This document shows, one piece after another, positions 27,022-37,544 of a stretch of DNA of 64,000 nucleotides (positions are counted from its first letter, which is position 1; each line of letters begins with the position of its first letter). Location: positions 3,531 to 67,530 of the forward strand of contig JBBTQY010000010.1 in the NCBI GenBank assembly GCA_038065475.1, given 5' to 3'. Position numbers and translations under genes: made by a program. This stretch comes from Patescibacteria group bacterium (lineage in GTDB: Bacteria > Patescibacteriota > Minisyncoccia > Ryanbacterales > GWA2-47-10b). The notes beneath the pieces were generated by a model. The model ran no database searches. It saw nothing but the letters and a program-made list of their open reading frames with translations, and was not told the DNA's origin.

Positions 27022-28119
27022 ATGAAAGGTATCTCTTCTTCATTTAACCCACTCGGATTTCTCAAAGCCTTTACCAAGGATCGGAGTGTTCTTGGTATCG
27101 ATGTAGGTGCGGCTTCACTTAAGATTATACAAATACGCAAAGACCGTGAACAAGCGGTACTCGAAACGTACGGCGAGCTCTCGACCGCAGCGTACACTGG
27201 CGGCGAGGCAGGTCGCGCGACGCTTTTAGCTGATGAAAAAGTATCTGAGATGATCGTTGACCTGCGCCGTGAGGCCGGTGCCACGGCTACTCGCGGTATT
27301 ATCTCAATCCCGCTGCGATACAGCTTCATCACTACTATTGATATGCCAGAGCTCAACGATCAGCAGTTGGCCGAAGCTATCCAGTTTGAAGCGCGCCGGT
27401 ACATACCCATACCGCTCTCTGATGTGATGGTTGATTGGTGGCGCATTCCGGCAGGCGAAGGTGACAAATCACATACTATCAAGATTTTGCTCGCCGCAGT
27501 GCAAAAAGACGTCGTTGATAAATACAGCCGAATACTCTCACAAGCAAAGATCGAGTCACTCGGTTTTGAGATCGAGGTATTTAGCGCAGCGCGCACGCTT
27601 TCATCACGCATGCGAGGTGCCACACTTCTTTTTGATATTGGCGCGCTCTCAACCAAAATTTTTATCGTAAATCAGGGTGTGGTGCAGGCGGTCCATCACG
27701 TCGATCGCGCCTCGCAGGCGTTTTCTCTAGCTATCTCGCAATCACTGGGTGTAGATTTCAAACGTGCCGAGCAGGTCAAGCGCGATGTAGGTATTTCAAA
27801 TCGGCCAGAGGCCGCGGGCGTGCGTCATACCATCACACCGCTTTTGGATTCGATTTTTGATGAAGCTGATCGTGTGCGCACGACGTTTAGGCGCCGCACA
27901 GGGTTGCCGATTGATCACGCAGTGCTCTTGGGTGGGGGAAGTCTCATGCCGGGGTTGGTAGATTATGCGGTAGAAAAGCTCGGCATCGAAGTTTTGCTCT
28001 CAAATCCGTTTGGTCAGCTCGTGTACCCCGCATTTTTACAGCCAACACTCAAAGGAATCGCCCCTAGTTTTACTGTAGCCACAGGTTTAACCTTGCGAGC
28101 CCTCGGCGCGATGGATTAG
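27022..28119 (+). CDS. pilM: Type IV pilus assembly protein PilM
   Basis: LGIDVGAASLK, EARRYIPIPL, FDIGA, LLGGGS (actin-like fold). Confidence 0.9.
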   Translation: MKGISSSFNPLGFLKAFTKDRSVLGIDVGAASLKIIQIRKDREQAVLETYGELSTAAYTGGEAGRATLLADEKVSEMIVDLRREAGATATRGIISIPLRYSFITTIDMPELNDQQLAEAIQFEARRYIPIPLSDVMVDWWRIPAGEGDKSHTIKILLAAVQKDVVDKYSRILSQAKIESLGFEIEVFSAARTLSSRMRGATLLFDIGALSTKIFIVNQGVVQAVHHVDRASQAFSLAISQSLGVDFKRAEQVKRDVGISNRPEAAGVRHTITPLLDSIFDEADRVRTTFRRRTGLPIDHAVLLGGGSLMPGLVDYAVEKLGIEVLLSNPFGQLVYPAFLQPTLKGIAPSFTVATGLTLRALGAMD

Positions 28120-28143
28120 GCAGTGTATACTTATCAGTAGGCA

Positions 28144-28776
28144 ATGGAAGAACAAAAGTTCATATCACATTCACAGTTAGCACCTTCCTCCACGGTACCT
28201 CGTCAGGGCCTCGGGCTTTTTAGCGTGCTTGCCATTGTGGTTGCGGTACTCGCTTTTGCTTTTACGGGAGGCCTCTTTTTGCTCAAACAATCAAACGAAC
28301 AGCAAAAGACAGCGGTCATCGAGAAGCTCAAAGAACTCAGAGACGAAACCGAGCTTGCCTCGCTCCAAAATATCAAAAATATCCAAGATCGTATCGCTAT
28401 CGCCAAGCGGGTGTTGGATGCTCACGTGTACTCATCGCAGGCTTTTATCTTTGCTGAGCGTCACACACTAGGTGCTATCAATATCCGATCGTTCGATTTT
28501 TCAAAAGATATCGTAAAAATGGAGCTCACCGCGCCCGGATACCTCGAATTTGCTCAGCAAATAAAATATTACCGCGATCCGAGTCTCAAGAATGTAATCA
28601 AGTCATACACATTTAAGCCGCCAGTGCTCACTGACCGCGGGCAGATTGATTTTGGCGTTGATATAACACTGACCCCTGAATATTTGCGCACCAAGCCCGG
28701 CGCTTCCCGTGATGATATCGAGGAAAGTGATATCCCACCGACTGATGAAATAGATATAACCGAAGAAGATCTATGA
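28144..28776 (+). CDS. PilN-like inner-membrane protein
   Basis: Single TM plus coiled coil, directly after pilM. Confidence 0.65.
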   Translation: MEEQKFISHSQLAPSSTVPRQGLGLFSVLAIVVAVLAFAFTGGLFLLKQSNEQQKTAVIEKLKELRDETELASLQNIKNIQDRIAIAKRVLDAHVYSSQAFIFAERHTLGAINIRSFDFSKDIVKMELTAPGYLEFAQQIKYYRDPSLKNVIKSYTFKPPVLTDRGQIDFGVDITLTPEYLRTKPGASRDDIEESDIPPTDEIDITEEDL

Positions 28777-29312
28777 AAGGATTTCTAGTCATTATTATTT
28801 TTGTTGGTTCCCTGATGACGGTTCAGTTTTTCGCATTTCCCATGATCAAAGAAGTTCGCACCCAGTGGGATGATATCGCGCGTATGCAGACAATCCTCGA
28901 AAATGCAGAACGTACCAAAGAAGATCGCATCAAATACCTTGATCGCTTGGCGAGCGTTAGTGAAGACGACCTTCACCGATTAGGGCTTTTGGTGCCAAAC
29001 GAAGTGGTAACCGAAGATCTCTACGTATTTCTCAACAATGTGGTTAAAGATTCAGGTCTCAAGCCAAAAACAATCACCGTGACAGATATCGGCAGCAAAG
29101 CTGGCAGCAAACAAGCCCAGAAGGCGCTCGTATTTGATGTTACGGTTTCGGGTCCCTATGCCAACATGCGTAAATTACTGACAGCGGTAGAGGCAAACTT
29201 GCGTTTGATGGATGTAGAAGTATTGAAGATAACCCATACACAGGCGGTAGACGAGCCCAAGACATTTTATACCCTTATTCTCCAAGGTAAATTATATTAT
29301 GCCGGCAATTAA
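28773..29312 (+). CDS. pilO: PilO-like protein
   Basis: N-terminal TM, V.GPY..MRKLL..VE.NLRLMDV. Confidence 0.75.
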   Translation: MKGFLVIIIFVGSLMTVQFFAFPMIKEVRTQWDDIARMQTILENAERTKEDRIKYLDRLASVSEDDLHRLGLLVPNEVVTEDLYVFLNNVVKDSGLKPKTITVTDIGSKAGSKQAQKALVFDVTVSGPYANMRKLLTAVEANLRLMDVEVLKITHTQAVDEPKTFYTLILQGKLYYAGN

Positions 29313-29787
29313 CAACGGTAATTTTTATAACGCAACTGCTGGGCGTCAGCCCGGAGGTAGCAACAAACAAATGCTCTTTTTGGGTATTGGTATTGTGATT
29401 GTTATTGTTGCTACTTATATAACGTATCGATATTTTACCCAGGGCGCGGGAGAAAATGTACCCGTGGTAAATACCCAGGAAGCCCCTGGTGTGCAACCAG
29501 TAGGTCAGGAAGAGGGGGGCGGGCTTCCGCCTGAGGCACAAGAAATTCAAGATGCGCTCAATATTTACAATGCCATTGCCGACATACCTCTCGATACGGA
29601 GTTTTTCAACCGAGCGACATTCAAAGATCTCATCGAATATCCTATAAATATCCCCAATGCATCACCTCGTCCGGGAAGAGTATTTGAGCTCTGGACTCCT
29701 CCACAAACCGGTGCCCAGCTGCCAGCTTCTGCGGGTACTCCTCCTCCGTCGGCAGCAGGCGACACGTCGATTCGTATCCGGCGCTAA
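29299..29787 (+). CDS. Single-TM pilus-locus protein (PilP position)
   Basis: One TM, Pro-rich tail, synteny between pilO and pilB. Confidence 0.55.
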   Translation: MPAINNGNFYNATAGRQPGGSNKQMLFLGIGIVIVIVATYITYRYFTQGAGENVPVVNTQEAPGVQPVGQEEGGGLPPEAQEIQDALNIYNAIADIPLDTEFFNRATFKDLIEYPINIPNASPRPGRVFELWTPPQTGAQLPASAGTPPPSAAGDTSIRIRR

Positions 29788-29793
29788 CTATAT

Positions 29794-31503
29794 ATGCGTT
29801 CTATTCTCGACCTTCTTATCGCCAAAGGAGTCATTGACGAGGCTCTTGCTCGCAAGGTACGCAATGATGCTCGCGATTCCGGCAAAGAGCTTGAAGTAGC
29901 TCTTATCGACCTCGGCGTGCCCGAGGGCGCAATCTTAGAAGCAAAATCTGATTTGCTCGGCGTGCCCGTCAGGCGTCTTGATGGTGCAAAAATTCCTTTC
30001 GATGTACTCAAGTATTTGCCTGAAGAATCAGCTCGCCATTATCAAATGGTGCCGGTAGGCTTTGAAGACGGTGTGCTCGAGGTGGGCATGATAGCGCCTG
30101 ACAGCCTTGAGGCAAGAGAGGCTCTGCAGTTTATCTCATCGAATCTGAATATGCCGTTTAAGATTTTTCTTATCGCACGTTCGGATTTCCAAGCTGTTTT
30201 AAAAGAATATCAGGGCTTGGGAGGTGAGGTATCAAAGGCTATCGCTACGCTCGGCGATACGCTGATTGATTTGCCAGGTAAAGAAAATGCGCGCACGCGT
30301 GAGGAGACGACGATTGCTGAAGACGCGCCGATCACCAAAATGGTAAGTGTTATTTTGCGCCATGCGGTAGAAGGCAAGGCCTCTGACGTGCACATTGAAC
30401 CGTCGACAGACAAGTTGCGCGTGCGATTTCGCGTTGATGGTGTGCTCTATACCAGCATTATTTTGCCTATGAATGTGCATGATGCGATTATCTCGCGCAT
30501 CAAAATTATGACCAACATGAAGATTGATGAAAAGCGCAAACCGCAAGACGGGCGTTTTCGCGTGCATGTTGATCGTCGTGATGTCGACTTTCGCGTCTCA
30601 ACCTTTCCTACCTATTACGGTGAGAAAGTGGCGCTGCGTATTTTGGACCCTGAGATAGGTATCAAAAGCTTTGAGGATCTCGGTATCGATGGTGATAATC
30701 TTAAAAAAATTCACGAAGCGCTCAAGCGTCCGTTTGGCATGATTTTGATCACCGGTCCTACCGGATCTGGTAAATCAACGACGCTCTACGCAATGCTCAA
30801 AGTACTCAACGATGAAAAGCGCAATATTGTGAGCTTGGAAGATCCCGTTGAGTACTATATGGAAGGTCTCAATCAGTCGCAGGTGCGCCCCGAGATCGAT
30901 TATACGTTTGCCTCTGGTTTGCGTAGCGTGCTCCGCCAGGACCCCGACGTTATCATGGTAGGTGAGATCCGCGACCGCGAGACCGCGCAGCTTGCAGTGC
31001 ATGCCGCACTCACCGGTCACCTCGTACTCTCGACGCTGCATACCAACGACGCTATCGGTGTCATCCCGCGTCTTGTCGATATGGGTGTTGATCCGTTTTT
31101 GATTCCTTCGGTGTTGGCGCTTGCCATGGGTCAGCGCTTGGTGCGCAAACTTTGCCCCGAATCACGAAAAGAAATACCCGTAGCGGATAAGCTCAAAGAA
31201 AATATGGAAAAGGAACTGGCAGGCATGCCCGAGGCGTTGCGAGCACAGATCAAGCTGCCCGCTGTCATTTACGAGGCGCAGCCGTCTCCGTCGTGCCCCA
31301 AGGGCATGCGTGGGCGAATCGCTGTTGTCGAAACGCTGGTCATGACGCCAGATTTAGAGAAAGTTATCTTGCATGAACCGTCAGAATACAAGATTGCCGA
31401 AGAAGCAAAGCGTCAAAATATGCTTACCATGCGCCAAGACGGCATTCTCAAGGCATTTAATGGCATGATTGGCCTTGAAGAGCTTTTCGAGGTGGTTGTA
31501 TAA
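29794..31503 (+). CDS. pilB: Type IV pilus extension ATPase PilB/GspE
   Basis: ASDVHIEP, PQDGRF, GPTGSGKST, LRQDPDVIMVGEIRD, TGHLVLSTLH. Confidence 0.93.
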   Translation: MRSILDLLIAKGVIDEALARKVRNDARDSGKELEVALIDLGVPEGAILEAKSDLLGVPVRRLDGAKIPFDVLKYLPEESARHYQMVPVGFEDGVLEVGMIAPDSLEAREALQFISSNLNMPFKIFLIARSDFQAVLKEYQGLGGEVSKAIATLGDTLIDLPGKENARTREETTIAEDAPITKMVSVILRHAVEGKASDVHIEPSTDKLRVRFRVDGVLYTSIILPMNVHDAIISRIKIMTNMKIDEKRKPQDGRFRVHVDRRDVDFRVSTFPTYYGEKVALRILDPEIGIKSFEDLGIDGDNLKKIHEALKRPFGMILITGPTGSGKSTTLYAMLKVLNDEKRNIVSLEDPVEYYMEGLNQSQVRPEIDYTFASGLRSVLRQDPDVIMVGEIRDRETAQLAVHAALTGHLVLSTLHTNDAIGVIPRLVDMGVDPFLIPSVLALAMGQRLVRKLCPESRKEIPVADKLKENMEKELAGMPEALRAQIKLPAVIYEAQPSPSCPKGMRGRIAVVETLVMTPDLEKVILHEPSEYKIAEEAKRQNMLTMRQDGILKAFNGMIGLEELFEVVV

Positions 31504-31513
31504 TAAAGTTACT

Positions 31514-31897
31514 ATGGTGGCCGAAGCAATAAAAATTCTTCTTGTCGACGACGACGATTTTTTGCTGGACATGTATTCAGTAAAATTCAAAGAAGAAGGC
31601 TTTCTGATTGATGTTGCGTCTTCGGGCGCTGATGCGCTCGATAAACTTAAAAAGGGGGCATACGATGTTGTCTTGCTCGACATCGTCATGCCGGCACTCG
31701 ATGGTTTTGAGGTCTTGACTCGTATCAAAAAAGAACGGCTCGCAGAGAAAGCGATCATTATCATCCTTTCAAATCTCGGACAAAAAGAAGACATCGAGCG
31801 AGGACTTTCCTTGGGGGCTCATGATTATGTCATCAAGGCGCACTTTACCCCCCGCGAGGTTGTAGAAAAGGTAAAACAACATCTCGGGAAAAAATAA
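31514..31897 (+). CDS. Single-domain response regulator
   Basis: LLVDDD, LLDIVMP, LSNL, YVIK. Confidence 0.92.
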   Translation: MVAEAIKILLVDDDDFLLDMYSVKFKEEGFLIDVASSGADALDKLKKGAYDVVLLDIVMPALDGFEVLTRIKKERLAEKAIIIILSNLGQKEDIERGLSLGAHDYVIKAHFTPREVVEKVKQHLGKK

Positions 31898-31915
31898 TTC
31901 ACCTGCCAAAATTTT

Positions 31916-32980
31916 ATGGATTTTGAAAAAGAGCTTGAAGATTTGGTGACTACGGTGCTTCGCGAAGGAGCATCGGATTTGCATTTGTCAGTCAGCAGAT
32001 ACCCGACTATTCGCGTGCAGGGGGCTCTCATCCCGCTTACCAAAAAATATATCATCACGCCTGATATCATGGAGGGTATTTTGACGGCCATGCTGCCAAA
32101 AGATCGCATGCAGGAGTATGTAAAAAACAAAGAGCTTGATTTTTCGTTTGAACACAAGGGTCGCGCTCGTTTTCGCGTCAATGTTTTTTTTCAGCGCAAT
32201 TTTATGGGTTGTGCTATGCGTTTGGTGCCAGTAAAGATTCGTAGTTTAGAGGATCTCAATATTCCTCCGCAGCTCAAAGATTTTGCACGCAAAGAACAAG
32301 GCTTCTTTCTCGTTGTGGGCCCGACCGGACACGGCAAGACCACGACTCTCGCAGCACTCTTTGATATGATCAACCACGAACGCGCCGAACACATGGTGAC
32401 CATCGAAGATCCTATCGAGTATTTGTTTACTTCTGATCGTTCAATCATCGACCAGCGTGAAATTCGCGCCGACACCATCGATTTCAATGTGGCGTTGCGC
32501 TCGGTGTTTCGCCAAGATATCAACGTGCTCATGGTCGGCGAAATGCGTGACCACGAGACTATCTCGGCAGCGGTCACAGCTGCGGAAACCGGTCACCTCG
32601 TACTCTCGACACTTCACACCAACAACGCCGCTCAAACCATTGACCGTATCATCGATAGTTTTCCTGGTAACCAACAGTCACAAATCCGCGCGCAATTAGC
32701 AGGAACACTGCTTGGCATTTTCTCTCAGCGCCTGATCCCACGTATCTCGGGCGGCTTGATTCCTGCCTATGAACTTTTGATCGCCAACACAGCAGTGCGC
32801 AACCTGATTCGCGAGAACCGTACGCACGAGATTGATTTGGTTATCGAGACAAGCTCGCAAGAAGGTATGATCAGCCTCAACCGGTCACTTATGGAACTTT
32901 TGCGCAGGGGAGAGATTACTATGGAAAGCGCGGTGGGATATTCACTCAATCCATCTGAGCTTCGCGTGCTCAACCAATAA
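31916..32980 (+). CDS. pilT: Pilus retraction ATPase PilT
   Basis: ASDLHL, GPTGHGKTT, TIEDPIE, GEMRD, AVRNLIRE. Confidence 0.95.
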   Translation: MDFEKELEDLVTTVLREGASDLHLSVSRYPTIRVQGALIPLTKKYIITPDIMEGILTAMLPKDRMQEYVKNKELDFSFEHKGRARFRVNVFFQRNFMGCAMRLVPVKIRSLEDLNIPPQLKDFARKEQGFFLVVGPTGHGKTTTLAALFDMINHERAEHMVTIEDPIEYLFTSDRSIIDQREIRADTIDFNVALRSVFRQDINVLMVGEMRDHETISAAVTAAETGHLVLSTLHTNNAAQTIDRIIDSFPGNQQSQIRAQLAGTLLGIFSQRLIPRISGGLIPAYELLIANTAVRNLIRENRTHEIDLVIETSSQEGMISLNRSLMELLRRGEITMESAVGYSLNPSELRVLNQ

Positions 32981-32983
32981 TGT

Positions 32984-34192
32984 ATGCTTTTTAGTTACCA
33001 AGCGCGTACCCACGAAGGTCTCGCTCGCTCGGGCAGTATCGAGGCGCCCTCTATCGACGGCGCGGTACAAGCCTTGCAGCGGCAAAATCTTGTGGTGCTC
33101 TCGGTGCGCCCTACGACGCCTCCAACACCATTTCTCATGCGCATCATGGGGCGTTTTGGTAAACCAAAACAGCGCGACGTCATGCTCCTCTCGCGTCAGC
33201 TCTCAACCCTTTTTGAGGCAAAGGTGCCGGTAGTCCAGACTTTCCGTACCCTTATCGGCCAATCAGCATCAGGGCCCATGCGCGCGCACTTGGTAGAGGT
33301 TCTCGATGATGTGCAGGGTGGTATGAGTATGTCGCAAGCGATGGCAAAACATCCGGCGGTATTTTCAAACTTCTTTGTCAATATGGTGCGTTCGGGTGAG
33401 GAATCAGGAAAACTCGACGATGTTTTTAATTATCTTGCTGACTATCTTGAGCGCACCTACGCGCTTGTTACCAAAATGCGCAATGCGCTTATCTATCCCG
33501 CATTTATTTTGACTGCATTTTTTGGTGTAGTTATTTTGCTCTTGACGGTTGTCATCCCGAAGCTTACCGCGATTATTCTTGAAGCCGGCCAGGAGTTGCC
33601 TATCTATACGAGAATTGTTATCGGCACCAGTGATTTTTTGCGCAACTACGGTATATTTCTTTTACTCTTGGTGTTAGGCGCCGGATTCTTTCTTTACCGA
33701 TATATACAAACGCCTGAGGGAAAACGTGCGTGGAGTCGTACGCAGCTTGCTGTTCCCATCGTCGGCCCGCTCTTTCAAAAGTTTTATTTGGCTCGCTTGT
33801 CAGACAACCTGCAGACCTTGATTACTGGTGGCGTACCGATTGTGCGCGCTTTGCAGATCACCGCAGAGGTGGTTGGCAATGAGATTTATCGGGGGATTAT
33901 TCTTGAATCAATTGAAGCGGTACGCGCTGGTAGTACCATCGCCGATGCGTTTGACAGGCATACCGAGATCCCGCCTTTGTTGACTCAGATGATGCGTATC
34001 GGTGAAGAGACGGGTAAACTCGACCAGATTCTCAAGTCGATCTCGCGCTTTTATTCTCGTGAAGTAGAAAGCTTGGTAGATAACCTTGTCGCACTCATCG
34101 AGCCGGTTCTTATCCTCATCCTTGGTCTCGGTATCGGGCTCATCGTAGCCTCAGTGCTTTTGCCGATTTATAACCTGACGCAAGCATTTTAG
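32984..34192 (+). CDS. pilC: Pilus platform protein PilC/GspF
   Basis: Two T2SSF repeats, GEESGKL, ALIYP, GEETGKL, LIEP. Confidence 0.93.
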   Translation: MLFSYQARTHEGLARSGSIEAPSIDGAVQALQRQNLVVLSVRPTTPPTPFLMRIMGRFGKPKQRDVMLLSRQLSTLFEAKVPVVQTFRTLIGQSASGPMRAHLVEVLDDVQGGMSMSQAMAKHPAVFSNFFVNMVRSGEESGKLDDVFNYLADYLERTYALVTKMRNALIYPAFILTAFFGVVILLLTVVIPKLTAIILEAGQELPIYTRIVIGTSDFLRNYGIFLLLLVLGAGFFLYRYIQTPEGKRAWSRTQLAVPIVGPLFQKFYLARLSDNLQTLITGGVPIVRALQITAEVVGNEIYRGIILESIEAVRAGSTIADAFDRHTEIPPLLTQMMRIGEETGKLDQILKSISRFYSREVESLVDNLVALIEPVLILILGLGIGLIVASVLLPIYNLTQAF

Positions 34193-34329
34193 GTGGTTAT
34201 CCACAGAAAAGCGTTTATCTTATGCGGGCTTTGATATAATACAAAGTAGGTTCTGTCCTGCATGGGTAGGACGGGTCGATTATTCTTCGCGATACAAAGG
34301 TTTATTACTACACAAATTTTATAAATATA

Positions 34330-34863
34330 ATGAAAAAACAAATGAAGAAAGGTTTTACACTCATTGAACTTTTGGTGGTTATCGCCATCATCGGTGTACT
34401 TGCAGGTATCGTGCTCGCAGCACTTAACACTGCTCGTAACAAGGGTGCTGACGCAGCGATCAAGGGCAACTTAGCAGGCTTGCGCACCCAAGCCGAACTT
34501 CTATACGATGTGCCAAACTGCTATGTTCCTTCAGGTACCACCTGTGCTACTGCTGCGGCATTCCCAGCGGGCGACTGTGCTGCAACTGCAAATACGCTCT
34601 TTGCAGACACGACCATCAGAAATGCTATCACTGCGGCAGGCAACTCCTTTGATGGCGGAGGCATCTCTTCAGGATGGTGCTCACAAACTACTGCGGGTGG
34701 CGCTTGGGCAATAGCCGTTCCGCTCAAGACGGGTACTTTTGGAACACTCGATACGGTTCCAGACGCATGGTGTGTTGATAGTGCCGGTAAGAGTCAGGCA
34801 TATACCGCTCCAACCGCAGCAGATACGCTTGACGATGCTATTGTTGCTAATGCTTGTATCTAA
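34330..34863 (+). CDS. Type IV pilin (probable major pilin)
   Basis: KKG/FTLIELLVVIAIIG; long 5' leader and strong terminator. Confidence 0.9.
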   Translation: MKKQMKKGFTLIELLVVIAIIGVLAGIVLAALNTARNKGADAAIKGNLAGLRTQAELLYDVPNCYVPSGTTCATAAAFPAGDCAATANTLFADTTIRNAITAAGNSFDGGGISSGWCSQTTAGGAWAIAVPLKTGTFGTLDTVPDAWCVDSAGKSQAYTAPTAADTLDDAIVANACI

Positions 34864-34888
34864 GGTCAGATTTTAGAAAGAGTTTACT

Positions 34889-34924
34889 AAAAGCAAAAAC
34901 CGCCTTCGGGCGGTTTTTGCTTTT
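34889..34924 (+). terminator. Strong intrinsic terminator
   Basis: AAAAGCAAAAACCGCC-TTCG-GGCGGTTTTTGCTTTT. Confidence 0.9.
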
Positions 34925-34957
34925 ACATAAAGAGTTATTTTTAGATATAATAATATT

Positions 34958-35428
34958 ATGTTTTTGCATCGTCGCGCCTTTACACTCATTGAACTTTTGG
35001 TGGTCACCTCAATCATCGGTATTCTTTCTGGTATTGTGCTTGCAGCGCTCACGCATGCGCGTAATCGCTCGTATGACGTCGCTGTCAAAGATAATTTGGG
35101 CAACGTACGTACGCAGGCAGGTATTTTTTATAGTAACAATCAAAGCTATGGTGATGGTCTTACCATACAAGGTGACTGTTATCACCCCAGTGACACCGCG
35201 ACTATGTTCAAGATCGATCCTATCGTCGCGAGTATGATTAAGGCAGCCGATGACGCGAACCATGGTAGTGATGTGCGTTGTACCACCAATACATCGGCCG
35301 GCACTAATGCTTCTTTGTGGTCTATCGACTCTCCCTTGATAGAGGGTGGTTATTGGTGTGTTGACGCCGAAGGATCTGGTAAAATAGTAGCTAGCAGGGG
35401 TGCCGACGGCGCTTGCCCTGCGTCATAG
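34958..35428 (+). CDS. Type IV pilin (paralogue of 34330)
   Basis: RRA/FTLIELLVV, shared GIVLAAL..ARN and WCVD motifs. Confidence 0.88.
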   Translation: MFLHRRAFTLIELLVVTSIIGILSGIVLAALTHARNRSYDVAVKDNLGNVRTQAGIFYSNNQSYGDGLTIQGDCYHPSDTATMFKIDPIVASMIKAADDANHGSDVRCTTNTSAGTNASLWSIDSPLIEGGYWCVDAEGSGKIVASRGADGACPAS

Positions 35429-35435
35429 GCACTTT

Positions 35436-36248
35436 ATGTTTCTCACATTTCTTTTTATCATCGGGCTCGCATTGGGGAGCTTTCTGAATGTCGTTGCGTT
35501 GCGCCTCAATACTGGTGAGAATTTACGCGGGCGATCGCGGTGTTTTTCGTGCCTCAGAAAGCTCGGGTGGTCTGATTTAGTACCTTTGGCAAGTTTTGTG
35601 GCAATTCGCGGGCGCTGTCGCACATGCGGTAGTAAAATATCTTTTCAATATCCAGCAGTTGAGTTGGCAGCAGCTCTTCTTACCGCAGGCACAGGATATA
35701 TGATGTTTGGTTTTGGCGTTCCTCAAGACCTGACGCGCGTCGCGCAGTATGTTTTGGCGGTTACTTTTCTTCTCACGCTTCTTACCGCATCAGTATACGA
35801 TTTGCGTCATAAAATTATTCCCGATCAGTTAAGTCTTTTGCTTTTTGTATCAGCCATTCTTCTCGAAGGCGCTATCGTATGGCAGCAATATCCATCGTAT
35901 GTAAATGACGGATTCTTGCTGTATGATATTGCCGCGGGGGTTGGCGCATTCATTTTTTTTGCAGGTATTTGGTTCATCTCAAAAGGTGCATGGATGGGTT
36001 TTGGAGATGCAAAAATAGCCATTTCCATCGGTTTGTTTTTAGGATTTCCTAATATTGTCTTTGCACTCCTTGCTGCCTTTTGGTCGGGCGCTATCATCGG
36101 GATTATACTTTTGGCCACCAAGACGCTGGGTCGCAAATCAGAAATTCCTTTTGCCCCATTTCTTGCTTTGGGTACTTATATCGTATTTTTCTTTATCAAT
36201 TCTCCTTTTGCTGGGTGGCTATCGAGTATTTTCATCCCCATATTTTAA
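35436..36248 (+). CDS. pilD: Prepilin peptidase
   Basis: GSFLNV, RSRCFSC, GRCRTC, YDLRHKIIPD, MGFGDAK, IPFAPFL. Confidence 0.93.
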   Translation: MFLTFLFIIGLALGSFLNVVALRLNTGENLRGRSRCFSCLRKLGWSDLVPLASFVAIRGRCRTCGSKISFQYPAVELAAALLTAGTGYMMFGFGVPQDLTRVAQYVLAVTFLLTLLTASVYDLRHKIIPDQLSLLLFVSAILLEGAIVWQQYPSYVNDGFLLYDIAAGVGAFIFFAGIWFISKGAWMGFGDAKIAISIGLFLGFPNIVFALLAAFWSGAIIGIILLATKTLGRKSEIPFAPFLALGTYIVFFFINSPFAGWLSSIFIPIF

Positions 36249-36252
36249 GACT

Positions 36253-36909
36253 ATGAATTATCAGCGCGCATTTTCACTCATCGAACTCCTTGTCTCTATC
36301 GGTATCATTGCGATGATATCGGCGGTTGTGTTTTTTAACTTTCCCCAATTCAACGAATCAGTAGCGCTCAATCGCGCGGCGCGCGAGCTTACCCTGACGC
36401 TTCGTGAGGCGCAATCTCGTGCTATTGCAGTAACCCCACTTCCCAATGGTGAGTTTCCAAATAATTATGGCGTTTTTATCAAAGGAACGCCGACAGCGGA
36501 GGGGGACGGGCAGTTTCTTATTTTTTCAGACGGTGACAACAATGATCTCAAATATGACACTGCCGCTGATCCCAGCGATGTTTTGATAAAAACAGTTACT
36601 TTCACACGAGGCGTACAGATAACTGGTTTTAATCTCGACGGAGCGACCCCTACCGGCGGTGTAAATTTTATTTACTATAGGCCTGGTCCGCAGGTCATTG
36701 TTTCTGACGAGACAGGGGCATGCGTCTCAGGTGTGGAAGGCTCCGGTAACGGACAAAATCCTTTGTGCGCTGCCGCTCTAAGTCCCTATGCTTCAACGCT
36801 TGGATCTTATGGCCCTTTTAATATAGCTATATCTCGCCCCGCGAGCTCTCCTCCTGGGGGGTCACGTACGGTAGAGATATGGCGTACCGGTCAAATATCG
36901 ATCAAATGA
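36253..36909 (+). CDS. Minor pilin (FimU/GspH-like)
   Basis: QRA/FSLIELLV, LREAQSRA. Confidence 0.85.
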   Translation: MNYQRAFSLIELLVSIGIIAMISAVVFFNFPQFNESVALNRAARELTLTLREAQSRAIAVTPLPNGEFPNNYGVFIKGTPTAEGDGQFLIFSDGDNNDLKYDTAADPSDVLIKTVTFTRGVQITGFNLDGATPTGGVNFIYYRPGPQVIVSDETGACVSGVEGSGNGQNPLCAAALSPYASTLGSYGPFNIAISRPASSPPGGSRTVEIWRTGQISIK

Positions 36910-37544
36910 ACTATCAGCGGAGCTTTACACTCTTAGAAACGATTGTCGCCATCTATGTGCTGTTGGCGGGTATTGTAGGTGCTATGAATCTTGCTCAGCA
37001 AAATATTAGTGCGATCACGCTCTTTCGCCATCAGCTTATCGCATCAAATCTTGCGCAAGAAGGCGCGGAGCTCGTACGTAATCGTAGAGATTCAAATGCA
37101 CTTGCCTGCAGTGCTACAGGATATACCGATAGTTCATGCTTTGATCTGAACGATTTATCATCAAATCCAAACACGCGAAATATGGAGGGTATTGCTGGCC
37201 CTCTTTCGGGTGGCACAAGATGCGATGATCCTACCACGGGATGTCGTGTCTCAAGCCCGCTTGGTAATCTTGCTACTGATATTATTGAATTTGAGCCGTG
37301 TTCTAGCACCACTGTTTGTCAGTTTTTACGTTTTGATTCGGCGACGGGTCTTTATCAATACACTTCAGGCGACCCGACTATTTTTGATAGAAAAATTACC
37401 GTAACTCCTATCGCCGGCGTTGTTCGAGATGCAGGCCTGCAAGATTGGCAGGTCATCTCAACCGTGACGTGGTGCGAGAAGCTTGATTGCACCAAGCAGG
37501 TGACGCTGCGCGAAGTGCTTACTCCTCATATGTCTCAACTCTAA
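36906..37544 (+). CDS. Minor pilin (PilV-like)
   Basis: QRS/FTLLETIVA, ASNLAQEGAELVRNRRD. Confidence 0.85.
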   Translation: MNYQRSFTLLETIVAIYVLLAGIVGAMNLAQQNISAITLFRHQLIASNLAQEGAELVRNRRDSNALACSATGYTDSSCFDLNDLSSNPNTRNMEGIAGPLSGGTRCDDPTTGCRVSSPLGNLATDIIEFEPCSSTTVCQFLRFDSATGLYQYTSGDPTIFDRKITVTPIAGVVRDAGLQDWQVISTVTWCEKLDCTKQVTLREVLTPHMSQL

